Shown: piece by piece, positions 83,906 to 93,886 of the stretch
How the letters are laid out: every line of letters begins with the position of its first letter
Position numbering within the stretch: the first letter of the stretch is position 1
NCBI RefSeq assembly: GCF_000737315.1
Contig: NZ_JMCB01000003.1
Location: forward strand, 20,001 to 268,000
Reading direction: 5' to 3'
DNA length: 248,000 nt
From: Hyalangium minutum
GTDB taxonomy: Bacteria > Myxococcota > Myxococcia > Myxococcales > Myxococcaceae
Program-made: the position numbers and the translations under genes
Notes under the pieces: generated by a model
What the model saw: the letters and a program-made list of their open reading frames with translations, nothing else
The model's database searches: none
Told to the model about the DNA's origin: nothing

Positions 83906-85096
83906 ATGCAATTGGCACAGCGCATCAAAGCCATCAAGCCGTCGCCCACCCTGGCCCTCAACGCCCGCGCCAAGGCGCTGGCTGCCCAGGGCGTGGACGT
84001 CGCGGGGTTCGTCGCGGGCGAGCCGGACTTCGACACCCCCGAGTTCATCAAGCAGGCGGCCATCGACTCCCTGAAGGCGGGCTTCACCAAGTACACCCCC
84101 ACGGCGGGCATCCCGGAGCTGCGCGAGGCCATCTGCGCCAAGCTGCAGCGGGACAACCAGCTGACGTACGCGCCGGATCAGGTGCTGGTGTCGGTGGGGG
84201 CCAAGCACTCGCTCTACAACATCTTCCAGGCGCTGCTGAACGAGGGGGATGAGGTCATCATCTTCACGCCGTACTGGGTGAGCTACCCGGACATGGTGAT
84301 GCTGGCGGGCGGCAAGCCGGTCATCCTGCAGACGCAGGAGGAGAACGGCTACGCGCCGGATCCCGAGGCGCTGAAGCGCGCGCTCACGCCCCGCACGCGG
84401 GCGGTGATCATCAACAGCCCGAGCAACCCGACGGGCGCGGTGTACTCGCGCGCGGCGCTGGAGGGGATTGCGGCGGCGGTGAAGGACCACGACTGCCTGA
84501 TCGTCAGCGACGACATCTACGAGAAGCTGCTGTACCAGGGGCAGTTCCTGAACATCGCCAACGTGGCGCCGGAGCTGTTCCCGCGGCTGGTCGTGGTCAA
84601 TGGCATGAGTAAGGCGTACTCGATGACGGGCTGGCGCCTGGGGTACGCAGCGGGGCCGAAGCCGCTGATCGCCGGCATGCAGATGATCCAAGACCAGTCG
84701 ACGTCGAACCCGAACTCCATCACGCAGAAGGCGGGGGTGGCGGCGCTGAAGGGGCCCACGGAGTTCCTCACGAAGATGGTGGACGAGTTCCGGGCGCGGC
84801 GGGAGCTGATCGTCTCGGGGCTGAACGCGCTGGACGGAGTGAAGTGCCGCACGCCCGAGGGCGCCTTCTACGTGTTCCCGGACGTGCGCGGCCTGCTGCA
84901 GCGCCAGTACAAGGGCGCGCCGCTGGGCACCTCGTCGCGGATCTCCGAGGCGCTGCTGGATGACTTCCGGGTGGCGGTGATGCCCGGGGCGCCGTTCGGG
85001 GCGGAGGGCTACCTGCGCCTGAGCTTCGCCACCTCGCGCGAGGTGATCCAGAAGGGCCTGAGCCGGATGAAGGACTTCGTCGCGGCGCTGAGCTGA
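83906..85096 (+). CDS. class I aspartate aminotransferase
   Basis: GEPDF, NSPSNPTG, SDDIYE, SKAYSMTGWRLGY. Confidence 0.9.
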   Translation: MQLAQRIKAIKPSPTLALNARAKALAAQGVDVAGFVAGEPDFDTPEFIKQAAIDSLKAGFTKYTPTAGIPELREAICAKLQRDNQLTYAPDQVLVSVGAKHSLYNIFQALLNEGDEVIIFTPYWVSYPDMVMLAGGKPVILQTQEENGYAPDPEALKRALTPRTRAVIINSPSNPTGAVYSRAALEGIAAAVKDHDCLIVSDDIYEKLLYQGQFLNIANVAPELFPRLVVVNGMSKAYSMTGWRLGYAAGPKPLIAGMQMIQDQSTSNPNSITQKAGVAALKGPTEFLTKMVDEFRARRELIVSGLNALDGVKCRTPEGAFYVFPDVRGLLQRQYKGAPLGTSSRISEALLDDFRVAVMPGAPFGAEGYLRLSFATSREVIQKGLSRMKDFVAALS

Positions 85097-85145
85097 ACTG
85101 AGCAGGGCTGAGGCCGCCCATGACGTGGGTGGCCTCACCTGGCGG

Positions 85146-85604
85146 CTACGCAGCAGACAGCTGGTCGATGGCTCGGACCCAGTGGTTCACGAGCTTCACG
85201 AGTCCAGCCTTGTGCTCCTGGATCTCGGCCATGCTGCGGAACCGGGCCATGCGCCGGTCCTTGTAGTCACCCTCGAGGAAGCCGAACCGATCCGCCGGCA
85301 TCGTACCCTGCGGGAAGACGAAGACGACGTGCACGCAGTCCCTCGGGCGCAGATGAAAGGCCGCGAGGTCCTGCTGGTAGTAGAAACTCGGCGCGTTCCA
85401 CTTCACGCGCTCAGCGATCTTCCGGTTCGCTCCCAGGATGAGCTCCCGCACGGCTTCGATCTCGGCCTTCAGCGGGTGCTCCAGCTGCTTCAGGTACTCG
85501 GCCACCTCTTCCGGTCCGCTCTTCTTCGGAGCGGAAGCCTTGGTCTTCTTGGCCGGAGCTTTCTTGGCCGAAGCCTTCTTCGCTTGCGTCTTTCGTGCGG
85601 CCAC
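85146..85604 (-). CDS. DUF1801 protein
   Basis: E.VKWNAPSF. Confidence 0.7.
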   Translation of the reverse strand: MAARKTQAKKASAKKAPAKKTKASAPKKSGPEEVAEYLKQLEHPLKAEIEAVRELILGANRKIAERVKWNAPSFYYQQDLAAFHLRPRDCVHVVFVFPQGTMPADRFGFLEGDYKDRRMARFRSMAEIQEHKAGLVKLVNHWVRAIDQLSAA

Positions 85605-85626
85605 AAGGGCTCCTTCGGTGTTGCGC

Positions 85627-86526
85627 TCAGTTGCCCGGGGCGTCGAAGAGCTGGTCGAAGTCCGCCTGCCTCATCCGGATCGTGAGCGGACGGTAGCTCA
85701 CACCACCATAGGTGCAGTTTGAATAGAACCAGGGCTCGAGCCCGAGCACGCAGACATTCGAGCACCGGCCGACGAATCGCAGCGGGGCACACTGGTTGGA
85801 TGAGTTCGAGCCAGAGCCCAGCGCGCCGCACGCCCGGGTGAGGTACTCGCCCTCGTTGTTGACGGGCCGGTCGACGCCGAAGAACAGGCTGTTGGGCACG
85901 AAGAGGTTCCCGAAGAAGCAGGCCTCCCGAACCGGGTAGGACGTCAGCTCCCCGAAGGTATAGGGAATGGCGTTGCCCCAGGCGTTCCAGCCCAGGACGG
86001 AGATGTTCACGTTCCTTCCGTACCGGTTGACGTGCGCCAACAGGCAGGCCGTGATGAGCTGCTGCTCGTTGTAGTTGATCGCGCTGCCGCTGGCCCAGTC
86101 CGGCGCCAGTCCCAGTCCTCCTGTCCACGCATACGTCCTCCCTCCCTGGTGGCGGTACGTGCGGGTCTGCCCCGTGGGCACGGCGCAGCGGACCACATAG
86201 GTCATCAGCATGTCGGCGGCCGCCGGATCCTGGCTGAACCACTGGATGAACGCTGAGCTGGAGAACCCGCCCACGGACAGCCCGTTGAGGGGCAACCCGT
86301 TGAGGGACAGCCCGTTGGCCGACAGCCCGTTGGCCGACAAGCCATTGAAGGAGTTGAGTTCCTGGGCCTGGCTGTCCAACGGCAGCGGCTCCGCGGGCGG
86401 CTCCGAGGGATCACAGCCTGAAGCGCTCGCACACACGCACAGCAACGTGAGCCAACACCGGGCTCGTTGCTTCACCTCCACCCAGGCAAGGGGGGAGTGA
86501 GCTTCCGCCATCGGAGCGTTCTTCAT
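85627..86526 (-). CDS. hypothetical lipoprotein with NGL(S/P)x pentapeptide repeats
   Basis: lipobox ASGC; NGLSANGLSANGLSLNGL; YVVRCA, ACLLAHVN. Confidence 0.6.
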   Translation of the reverse strand: MKNAPMAEAHSPLAWVEVKQRARCWLTLLCVCASASGCDPSEPPAEPLPLDSQAQELNSFNGLSANGLSANGLSLNGLPLNGLSVGGFSSSAFIQWFSQDPAAADMLMTYVVRCAVPTGQTRTYRHQGGRTYAWTGGLGLAPDWASGSAINYNEQQLITACLLAHVNRYGRNVNISVLGWNAWGNAIPYTFGELTSYPVREACFFGNLFVPNSLFFGVDRPVNNEGEYLTRACGALGSGSNSSNQCAPLRFVGRCSNVCVLGLEPWFYSNCTYGGVSYRPLTIRMRQADFDQLFDAPGN

Positions 86527-86684
86527 GGGAGTCTCCTGCCCAGAGAGGGGTGGTCAGGGGGGTCTGGGTAGTCTGACTAATACGCATTACCGGGCCGCCT
86601 GGCTCCCCACCCCCAGCGTGAGCACGTGGGGTAGTGCACAGCCAGAAACCCATGCGTCCAGTGGCGGATAGTCACCTCCGCCGA

Positions 86685-88517
86685 TCAGGCGATCCGATCC
86701 ACCCTCACATCCACCTCCAGCGTCTCCGGTCCGCCTCCCACGAAGATGGTCCCCGAGGTGGGCGTGGCATCTCCGTAGCCGCGCCCCACTGCGACGCGGA
86801 CGTGCGAGGTCTGCGTCAGGATGCCGTTGGTCGGATCAAAGCCCCGCCAGCCCACCTCGGGCAGGTAGAGCTGCAGCCACGCGTGGGAGGCCTCCGCCTG
86901 CCGTTGGTTCGGATTCTGGGGACCACAGTAGATGTAGCCGCACGTGTAGCGCGCCGGCACGCCCAGCAGCCGCGCCATGCAGATGAACAGGTTGGTGAAG
87001 TCCTGGCAGACGCCGCGCCGGTTCACGTACACGTCGAACGGCGTCGTGTAGATCGTCGTCGAGCCCTGCCGGTACTCGTACTCGCGGAAGATGGACGCGT
87101 TGATGTCGAGCAGCGTGTCCAGCAAGTCGTAGTCGTTCCGCTTCACGAAGCTCATCGCGTACTCGGTGAGCTCCACCAGCTGCGTCTCGGGCAGCTCCTG
87201 GGGCAGCAGGTACGGCTGTAGCACCTGCTGCTGCCAGGGCATCCACACGAGCGGAATGGTGCTGCGCTCCTTGGGCGCCCGGAACTGGAGCGGATCCGTG
87301 TCGTAGAGCTCCACCGTGGAGCGCGCCTCGATGGCCAGCTCCGTGTAGGGCCTCTCGAGGTGCACCCGCGTGGCCCGGTTGCCGAACACGTCCTCGTAGT
87401 CCCGGCGCTTCCCGTCCACGGACAGGTGGAGCTGATGCCCAATCACCGCCTGCAGCTCGTCGTGCATCGGCCGCAGCCGGAACAGGTGGGTGCTTCGCTC
87501 GATGGGGTTCTGGTAGCGGTAGACGGTGCGGTGCACCACGGAGAAGCGCTGCACCTCCGCCTTCGAGGGCAGCCGCAAGTCCCGTTGCCTGGCGGTGAAG
87601 AAGGGCTGCGAAGGCGCCTCCCCGGGAGCCACGGGCGCCGGAGCCGCGGACTGCGTGTCGGGCACCTGCTGCGGAATGGGCTGGACCTGCGCGGGTACCT
87701 GTACCTGGAGCTGGGGCTCGGGCGGCTTCACCTCCGCGGTGACCGTGCCCTGGCGGATGCGCAGGAGCGTCCCCGGCGCGAGCCGCTTCCAGTCCACCTG
87801 GGCGTTCTGCTCGGGCTGGAGCGGGTTGGAGCAGACGAGGACGCCCTTGCGGCTCTTGAGGCCGCGCTTGGTGAGATCCACCAGGATGTCGCCATCACCG
87901 AAGACGAGGCTGTCGTGCGGCGGCTGCAGCGTCCAGATGTACAGCTCGTGCGCTGGATCGCGATCCGCATAGACGCACATGTCGTGTCCATCCGTGAGGA
88001 TGGTGGTGAGCGAGCCGTGCTCGTTGGTCTCGGCGAAGAAGGACCGCAGGGCCTCCAGATCGACGTCCCCCAGGCTGCGCCACCCCTTGTCGGAGATCAT
88101 CGACATGAGCTGGCAGAAGATGAGCTCGGAGTCCGTCGAGCCGATGGGCTCGAAGCGCTGCGGGGTGTTGGCCTCGATGCGGTGGGCCAGGCTGCCCGAG
88201 TGCGCCATCAGCCAGTCGCGCCCGCCCCAGGAGCGCCGGAACGGCTGGGTGTTGCCCGGAGAGATCTGCCCCCAGATCGCCGTGCGGATGTGGAGCACGA
88301 ACAGCGAGGAGGCCAGGTGCTCCCAGGCCTTCACCAGCTCGCTGCGGATAGAGCCAGGCGGGGGCGCTGCTTCCTTGAGCACCTCTGCCGCGAGATCGCC
88401 ACCCGGGTAGTAGCCGATGCCCCATCCATCGGGCGGTTGGCGCTGGGGACTCAGACAACGAAGATCGAAGGAGGGGGCGAGTTCCCCCTCGAAGCTCATG
88501 GCGAGAACGTTGGGCAT
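86685..88517 (-). CDS. class II glutamine-amidotransferase-like domain fused to transglutaminase-like domain
   Basis: PDGWGIGYY, HIRTA, TQPF, G.TDSE; GVCQDF, SHAW, FDPTN. Confidence 0.8.
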   Translation of the reverse strand: MPNVLAMSFEGELAPSFDLRCLSPQRQPPDGWGIGYYPGGDLAAEVLKEAAPPPGSIRSELVKAWEHLASSLFVLHIRTAIWGQISPGNTQPFRRSWGGRDWLMAHSGSLAHRIEANTPQRFEPIGSTDSELIFCQLMSMISDKGWRSLGDVDLEALRSFFAETNEHGSLTTILTDGHDMCVYADRDPAHELYIWTLQPPHDSLVFGDGDILVDLTKRGLKSRKGVLVCSNPLQPEQNAQVDWKRLAPGTLLRIRQGTVTAEVKPPEPQLQVQVPAQVQPIPQQVPDTQSAAPAPVAPGEAPSQPFFTARQRDLRLPSKAEVQRFSVVHRTVYRYQNPIERSTHLFRLRPMHDELQAVIGHQLHLSVDGKRRDYEDVFGNRATRVHLERPYTELAIEARSTVELYDTDPLQFRAPKERSTIPLVWMPWQQQVLQPYLLPQELPETQLVELTEYAMSFVKRNDYDLLDTLLDINASIFREYEYRQGSTTIYTTPFDVYVNRRGVCQDFTNLFICMARLLGVPARYTCGYIYCGPQNPNQRQAEASHAWLQLYLPEVGWRGFDPTNGILTQTSHVRVAVGRGYGDATPTSGTIFVGGGPETLEVDVRVDRIA

Positions 88518-88621
88518 CCGGTCGAGCGGAAGGTAGTGAGCCGTTTTGTACAGAGAAGCAGCCGGTCACACGGCCCGTGCGGCCGCGTCACCTGGAGAAC
88601 AGCTATCGCAAGAGCCCCGGC

Positions 88622-91600
88622 TCAGCCCGGGGTCTCCTCCTCGGCTGGAGGCTTGGGAGGCCGGTAGTCGAGCGGCAGGCGGCGCAGGTCGAGGGTGGTG
88701 GGGTTCTCCGCGCTGGGCTGGGCCGGACGGGCCTTCACCGGCCAGGGCAGGGGAGCCTCGGAGGTGAAGCGCTGCGCGCGGCGGGCGGAGGCCTCGAAGC
88801 GGGTGAGCGGCGGGGTGGAGAAGGCACGGCCCTCGGGGTGCCACACGTGGTAGGCGCAGGCGCCCAGCGAGCGCTGCCCCCACGTGTCGAGCAGATCCAG
88901 CCGGATGGGGTGGTGGATGCCCAGGTGTGCGTGCAGGCTGTGCGGCGGAGCCCACGCGCGGAACCGCACCCCGGCCACCCACTCGTTGGCCTTCGCCGTG
89001 GGCGTGAGCGGCAGCGTGTGCCCGTTGACGAGCAGCAGGTGCCGCTCCGGGATGAGTCCGGAGACGCGCACCTCGATGCGCTCCATGGACGAGTCCACGT
89101 AGCGGGAGGTTCCGCCCCCGCTCAGCTCCTCGCCCAGCACCGGCCAGGGCTCGAGCGCATTGCGCACCTCGATCGTGACATCCCCCAGCTGCATGCGCCC
89201 GGCGAGCGGGCAGCGCAGCTCCAGGAAGGGGGTGTACGCCTCCTGCGGCAGGGGAACGCCCTTGGCCGCGAGGTGGGCGAGCACGTCCTCCAGGTCCCGT
89301 CCCAAGTAGTAGGGCAGCAGGTACTTGTCGTGGAGCGACGTGCCGAAGCGGACCAGCTTCTTCTGGTAGGGCTCCTGGGCGAACGCGGCGAAGAGCGCGC
89401 GCACCAGGATGGCCTGCGCGGACACCATGCGCGCGTGCGGCGGCATCTCGAAGGCGCGCAACTCCACCAGTCCCTGCCGCCCGGTGGCCGTCTGGGGGTC
89501 AAACAGCTTGTCCAGACTCAGCTCCGCCCGGTGGGTGTTGCCCGCCACGTCCACCAGCAGGTTCCGGAAGAGCATGTCCGACAGCCAGGGCGGCGGCGCG
89601 GTGCCAGCGTTGAAGGCCTTGTCGAGCGCGATCTCCAGCTCGTAGAGCGCCTCGTGCCGCGCCTCGTCCACGCGCGGTGCCTGCGAGGTTGGCCCCACGA
89701 ACAGGCCGGTGAAGAGGTACGACAGCGACGGGTGGTGCTGCACGAAGGTGATGAGCGAGGCCAGCAGCTCGGGCCGGGTGAGGAGCGGGCTGGACAGGGC
89801 CGTCGGGCCACCGACCGTGATGTGGTTGCCGCCGCCGCTGCCGGCCATGCGGCCGTCCATCAGGTACTTCTCGCTGTGGAGACCCGCGTGGAGGGCCGCG
89901 TCGAACACCTGGCCCACGAGCTCCGTGTACTCGCGGTTGCTCGACACGGGCGGCAGGTTGACCTCGAGCACGCCCGGGTCCGGCGTCACCGCGAAGCGGT
90001 AGAGCAGCGGCGAGGACGGGGGAGGGTAGCCCTCCAACTGAATGGCGATGCCGGTGTGCTCGCGCGCCTGATCGATGATGGACACGAGATCGAAGAAGTC
90101 CTCGGCCCGGGCCAGCGGCGGCAGGAACACGTGCACCGTTCCACCGCGCGCCTCAAAGGCCAGCGCGGTCCGCACTCGGGGCAGGCGGCTGGCTCGCTCC
90201 TTCGCGATGACCTTGTGCTGCTTGGCCTCCTCGGGGGACGGCTCGCGGCGCGGATCGATGGGCTCATAGGGCTCCTCCCAGAGGTCGGAGAGCGGGTCTC
90301 CCTCCGAGAGCGAGCGCAGCGGCAGCCGCAGGCCGAGCGGGCTGTCACCCGGGAGCAGGAACAGGTGGCGCCGCCGGAACTGCCAGGGGTCGCTGACCCA
90401 GCGCCCGTCCGTGTCTCGCCCGAGGGGCAGCACGAAGCCCACCTCATTGCCGAGCCCCTGGCCCAGAACCTTGGCCAAGCGCCGCCGCTCCTCCGAGTCG
90501 TTGAGGTTGGCCTTGAGCGGATCGACGTCCACCGGCAGGTTCTCCTCGTCCTGCAGGAAGCGCCACGGATCCTCGAAGGCGGGGAGCAGGTGCTGAGCCA
90601 GGCCGAGGCGCGACGCCACCGCCTGCGCGACCTCGCGCGCCTGTGCCGTGCCTGCGTTGTCTCCCGAAGCCAGCGCCTCGCCCGTCCAGAGAGGCTCCCG
90701 GTCGCGCCGTCCGCAGATGTCGAGCGCCCAGCGAGGCAGGCTCTCTCCTGGATAGTGCTTTCCGGCGCGCAGCAGCAGGGCCGCTCCAGGGGAGAGCCGC
90801 CGCCGGAGCTCCTCGGCGAGCTTCACCCCGAGCTTCCACTTGGTCTCGCCCAGCGCGTCGCCGTTCCACTCCGGCAGCTCGGTGTGCTCGCGGGCGTTGA
90901 AGGTGGGCTCGCCGCCGATGGTGAGCTTCACCCCGCGCTCCCTCAGCACCGCGTCCGCGCGATCTCCACCCTCGCAGAGGGCCTGCCACACCTCGTCCGT
91001 GTAGGGCGCCGTCGGCCGAGGCTCGTGCCCGAGCCGGCCCACCGTCATCGAGAACCGCACCTCCTCCGCCTGGGTGTCACTGGTGCCCTCGATGGGGGCT
91101 GCCAGCGCCGGTGAGGCCGTCGAGGCGAGCGGGATATGGCCCTCGCCCGTCAGGAGTCCGCTGGTGGCGTCGAGCCCGATCCAACCCGCCCCGGGCAGGA
91201 AGACCTCCGCCCAGGCGTGCAGATCCACCACGTCGCGTCCCACGCCGCGCGGCGCGTTGGGGATCATCCCTTCGTCGGTGAGCTGCACCAAGTAGCCGCT
91301 CACGAAGCGCGCCGCGAGCCCGCGCGAGCGCAGCACCGCGATGAGCAGCATCGCCGAGTCCCGGCAGCTGCCCTTGCCCGCCGCGAGCGTCTCCTCGGGT
91401 GTGTGGATGCCCGCCTCCTCGCGGATGATGTACTGGATGCGCTGGTTCACCTTCTCGTTGAGCTGAATGATGAGCGGGACCGTTGGGCCGGAGCGCGGCA
91501 GCTCGTCGAGGAAGGCCTTGAGGCGCTCGCCGCCTCGCACCGCTGGCTCGTTCACGTCGAGGAAGGGGAGGAGGTCCTGCTTCAGCTCCGGCGGGTAGGC

Positions 91601-91912
91601 GAAGGGGACGACCTCGCAGCGGTCGTCGAGGAGGAAGTCGAACGGGTTCACCGGCCGCACGTCGACGGCCAACTCCACCGTTACCTCGAGGTGCGGGACG
91701 CGCACGCCTTCGGGGAAGGTGACGCGGGCGACGCGGTTGCCATACGGATCCTGCTGCCAGCGTACCTGCGCGGTGGAGGGCTCGACGGTGAGGCCGTAGC
91801 TCTCGATGGCGGCACGGGCGTGAAGCGCCGGGCGCAGGCGGATGAGGTGCGGGCCGAGGGCCGCAGGCTTCGGGTAGCGGTACAGGTTGCGATGCTGAAT
91901 GAGCAGCCGCAC
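88622..91912 (-). CDS. transglutaminase-like + DUF2126 (putative amidoligase) protein
   Basis: GSCRDSA, DLHAW, LDATSG; GGEPTF, VTPDPGVLEVN, GGGNHIT, FVGPTSQAPR, GNTHRAE, ELRAFEMPP; GTG start chosen at 91912. Confidence 0.85.
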   Translation of the reverse strand: MRLLIQHRNLYRYPKPAALGPHLIRLRPALHARAAIESYGLTVEPSTAQVRWQQDPYGNRVARVTFPEGVRVPHLEVTVELAVDVRPVNPFDFLLDDRCEVVPFAYPPELKQDLLPFLDVNEPAVRGGERLKAFLDELPRSGPTVPLIIQLNEKVNQRIQYIIREEAGIHTPEETLAAGKGSCRDSAMLLIAVLRSRGLAARFVSGYLVQLTDEGMIPNAPRGVGRDVVDLHAWAEVFLPGAGWIGLDATSGLLTGEGHIPLASTASPALAAPIEGTSDTQAEEVRFSMTVGRLGHEPRPTAPYTDEVWQALCEGGDRADAVLRERGVKLTIGGEPTFNAREHTELPEWNGDALGETKWKLGVKLAEELRRRLSPGAALLLRAGKHYPGESLPRWALDICGRRDREPLWTGEALASGDNAGTAQAREVAQAVASRLGLAQHLLPAFEDPWRFLQDEENLPVDVDPLKANLNDSEERRRLAKVLGQGLGNEVGFVLPLGRDTDGRWVSDPWQFRRRHLFLLPGDSPLGLRLPLRSLSEGDPLSDLWEEPYEPIDPRREPSPEEAKQHKVIAKERASRLPRVRTALAFEARGGTVHVFLPPLARAEDFFDLVSIIDQAREHTGIAIQLEGYPPPSSPLLYRFAVTPDPGVLEVNLPPVSSNREYTELVGQVFDAALHAGLHSEKYLMDGRMAGSGGGNHITVGGPTALSSPLLTRPELLASLITFVQHHPSLSYLFTGLFVGPTSQAPRVDEARHEALYELEIALDKAFNAGTAPPPWLSDMLFRNLLVDVAGNTHRAELSLDKLFDPQTATGRQGLVELRAFEMPPHARMVSAQAILVRALFAAFAQEPYQKKLVRFGTSLHDKYLLPYYLGRDLEDVLAHLAAKGVPLPQEAYTPFLELRCPLAGRMQLGDVTIEVRNALEPWPVLGEELSGGGTSRYVDSSMERIEVRVSGLIPERHLLLVNGHTLPLTPTAKANEWVAGVRFRAWAPPHSLHAHLGIHHPIRLDLLDTWGQRSLGACAYHVWHPEGRAFSTPPLTRFEASARRAQRFTSEAPLPWPVKARPAQPSAENPTTLDLRRLPLDYRPPKPPAEEETPG

Positions 91913-91989
91913 GAGGTCCTCCCAAGTGACCTCGCCACGATACCCAAAGCCTGCTGGGGCCGTACGGAGAAGTCGGCCGTCATTCACCG

Positions 91990-92559
91990 TCAGCGTGCGC
92001 GGGAGCGCGAGGGCGGAGCTGGCGGCGGGCTCGAGTCCGCCGTGCTCGTGCTCTTTCCGGAGGCGGCCGGCGCTGCGGAAGCGGGAGTGGAGAGCTGGTT
92101 GGCGGCGCCTCGGGTCACCACGGCCTGCGCGACGATGTTCAGGTGCTGCTGCGCGGCCACGGTGTTCAAGAGCGCGAGGCTGACCGCGTGCGCGGAGGCG
92201 TGGTACACGTGAGAGAGGGCAAGCTCGGGCGCATTCTCCAGCAGCGCCTGCGCGGTCTTCTCGGCCTGGGCCAGCAGGGCCTCGGGCGAGGGCGCGGCCG
92301 GAGAGGCTGTCTCAGCGGAGGCGGCTGTCGGCGCCGCAGGGGTCGTCGCGGGAGCCGAGGCTGCGGCCTCGGCTGCGGGCGGGCGGAAGGCGTTGGGAAT
92401 TCCGGCGAGGGGTGGCGCGGGCACGCTTCCCTTGGAGGCCAACGCGAGGATGCTCTGCTGCTGCTGCTCGAGTACGTGGGTCAAGGCTGTGAGGGCGTGG
92501 GCGCTGGTGTCCACGATCAGGGTCAAGTCCCGGGCAAAGTCTTGGGCCGTCTTCGTCAT
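91990..92559 (-). CDS. extended Reb-like (R-body) protein
   Basis: C-terminal PELAL..VY..SAHAVSLALLNTVAAQQH.NIVAQA Reb motif; Ala/Pro-rich insert; AGGAGG RBS. Confidence 0.7.
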   Translation of the reverse strand: MTKTAQDFARDLTLIVDTSAHALTALTHVLEQQQQSILALASKGSVPAPPLAGIPNAFRPPAAEAAASAPATTPAAPTAASAETASPAAPSPEALLAQAEKTAQALLENAPELALSHVYHASAHAVSLALLNTVAAQQHLNIVAQAVVTRGAANQLSTPASAAPAASGKSTSTADSSPPPAPPSRSRAR

Positions 92560-92572
92560 GGTGTGCCTCCTC

Positions 92573-92839
92573 TCACTCGTAGATTTTAACCGTGCCCACT
92601 GCATCCGAGGCCGTATCGATGCTGTAGAGCGTCGCGACGCCCTGGGTAGTGGCGGCCTGTGCGGTCACGTTCGTTTGCTGCTGGTTCTGGGTGGCGTTGT
92701 GGGCCGCGTTGGAGAGCGCCTGCGAGGTCGCCACGAAGAGATTGCCCATCGCGATGGCAGGGGCATCTCCGAGCACTTTCACGTTCGCCTGCGTCACTGC
92801 ATCGGTGATCTGCTCATTGACAGCGGTGGGGTACGCCAT
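92573..92839 (-). CDS. rebB: R-body protein RebB family
   Basis: VNEQITDAVTQANVKVLGDAPAIAMGNLF..SQAL..AAHNAT..QQQ..VTAQAATTQGVA. Confidence 0.9.
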   Translation of the reverse strand: MAYPTAVNEQITDAVTQANVKVLGDAPAIAMGNLFVATSQALSNAAHNATQNQQQTNVTAQAATTQGVATLYSIDTASDAVGTVKIYE

Positions 92840-92896
92840 GGCTCTGCCTTTCTGAAGGAGGTGACGGGGGCTGAAGCACCCCGCAGTTTGCCACTG

Positions 92897-93808
92897 TTAC
92901 AGGGAGGAAGTGAGCGACAGCAGCTCTGTGCGCAGCCACTGGTTGCGCGGCTCTGAATCCGATTGCCGGTGCCAATAGAGGTGCAGCTCCAGCGGCGGGA
93001 GCGACAGCGGCATTGGCAGGAGGTGGTTGCCCAGCAGGGCGTGCAGCTCCTCCGCGCGGCGCCGCGGCATGGTGAGGAGGAACTTGGAGCCAGCGACCAT
93101 CTGGAACGCCGCCTCGTAGTGCTGGCATCGCACGGTGACGTCGCGCTGGTAGCCCAGGCGGGAGAGGACCAAATCCTCCACGGCCAGCCCCGTGCGCCGA
93201 GAGGACACGGTGACATGCCGCGAAGCCATGTACGCCGCCACGTCCAGCCTGCGCCGGCGTCGGCTCACCACGCAGAAGGTGTCCCGCAGCAGGGTGGTGT
93301 GCCGCAGGTCGGCGCCCGTCTGCTGCTCCACGTCGATGGACAGGTCCACCCGCCCCGAGGCCAGATCCCGCTCCAGCCGAGGCCTATCCAGCCGGACGCT
93401 CGTCACCCTCGCTCCAGGAGCGCTCTGGCGCAGGCGCGCCACCAGGTGCGGGAGGATGGAGGGCTCGAGCACGTCGTTCATGGCTACGGTGAAGGTGCCC
93501 AGGTCGCGGGGAGGATCGAAGCTCCGCGTGCGGTGGATCGCCCGGTCGAACAGCGCGAGGGCCTCGCGAAGCTCCGGCGCCAGCCGCTCCGCGAACGGCG
93601 TGGGTGCCACGCCTCGGCCCTCCCGGACGAAGAGCGGCTCTCCCAGCTGATCCCGAAGCCGGGCGAGTGCATGGCTCACCGCCGATTGGCTGAGGAAGAG
93701 CACCTCCGCGGCCCGCGTGAGGTTCCGCTCCCGGAGGACCACGTCAAAGACGCGGAAGAGGTTGAGGTCCAGCCTCGCCAGCCGGGAAGAGTCATGAACA
93801 GACTTCAT
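92897..93808 (-). CDS. LysR-family regulator
   Basis: DLNLFRVF..NLTRAA..L.LSQSAVS.AL.RLR. Confidence 0.9.
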   Translation of the reverse strand: MKSVHDSSRLARLDLNLFRVFDVVLRERNLTRAAEVLFLSQSAVSHALARLRDQLGEPLFVREGRGVAPTPFAERLAPELREALALFDRAIHRTRSFDPPRDLGTFTVAMNDVLEPSILPHLVARLRQSAPGARVTSVRLDRPRLERDLASGRVDLSIDVEQQTGADLRHTTLLRDTFCVVSRRRRRLDVAAYMASRHVTVSSRRTGLAVEDLVLSRLGYQRDVTVRCQHYEAAFQMVAGSKFLLTMPRRRAEELHALLGNHLLPMPLSLPPLELHLYWHRQSDSEPRNQWLRTELLSLTSSL

Positions 93809-93886
93809 GGGAACACATGACCAACCTTCACTGGATTCATCAAGGCCGAACGCGGAGGATGCAGGCCTTCCAGAAGGAGACTTGCG

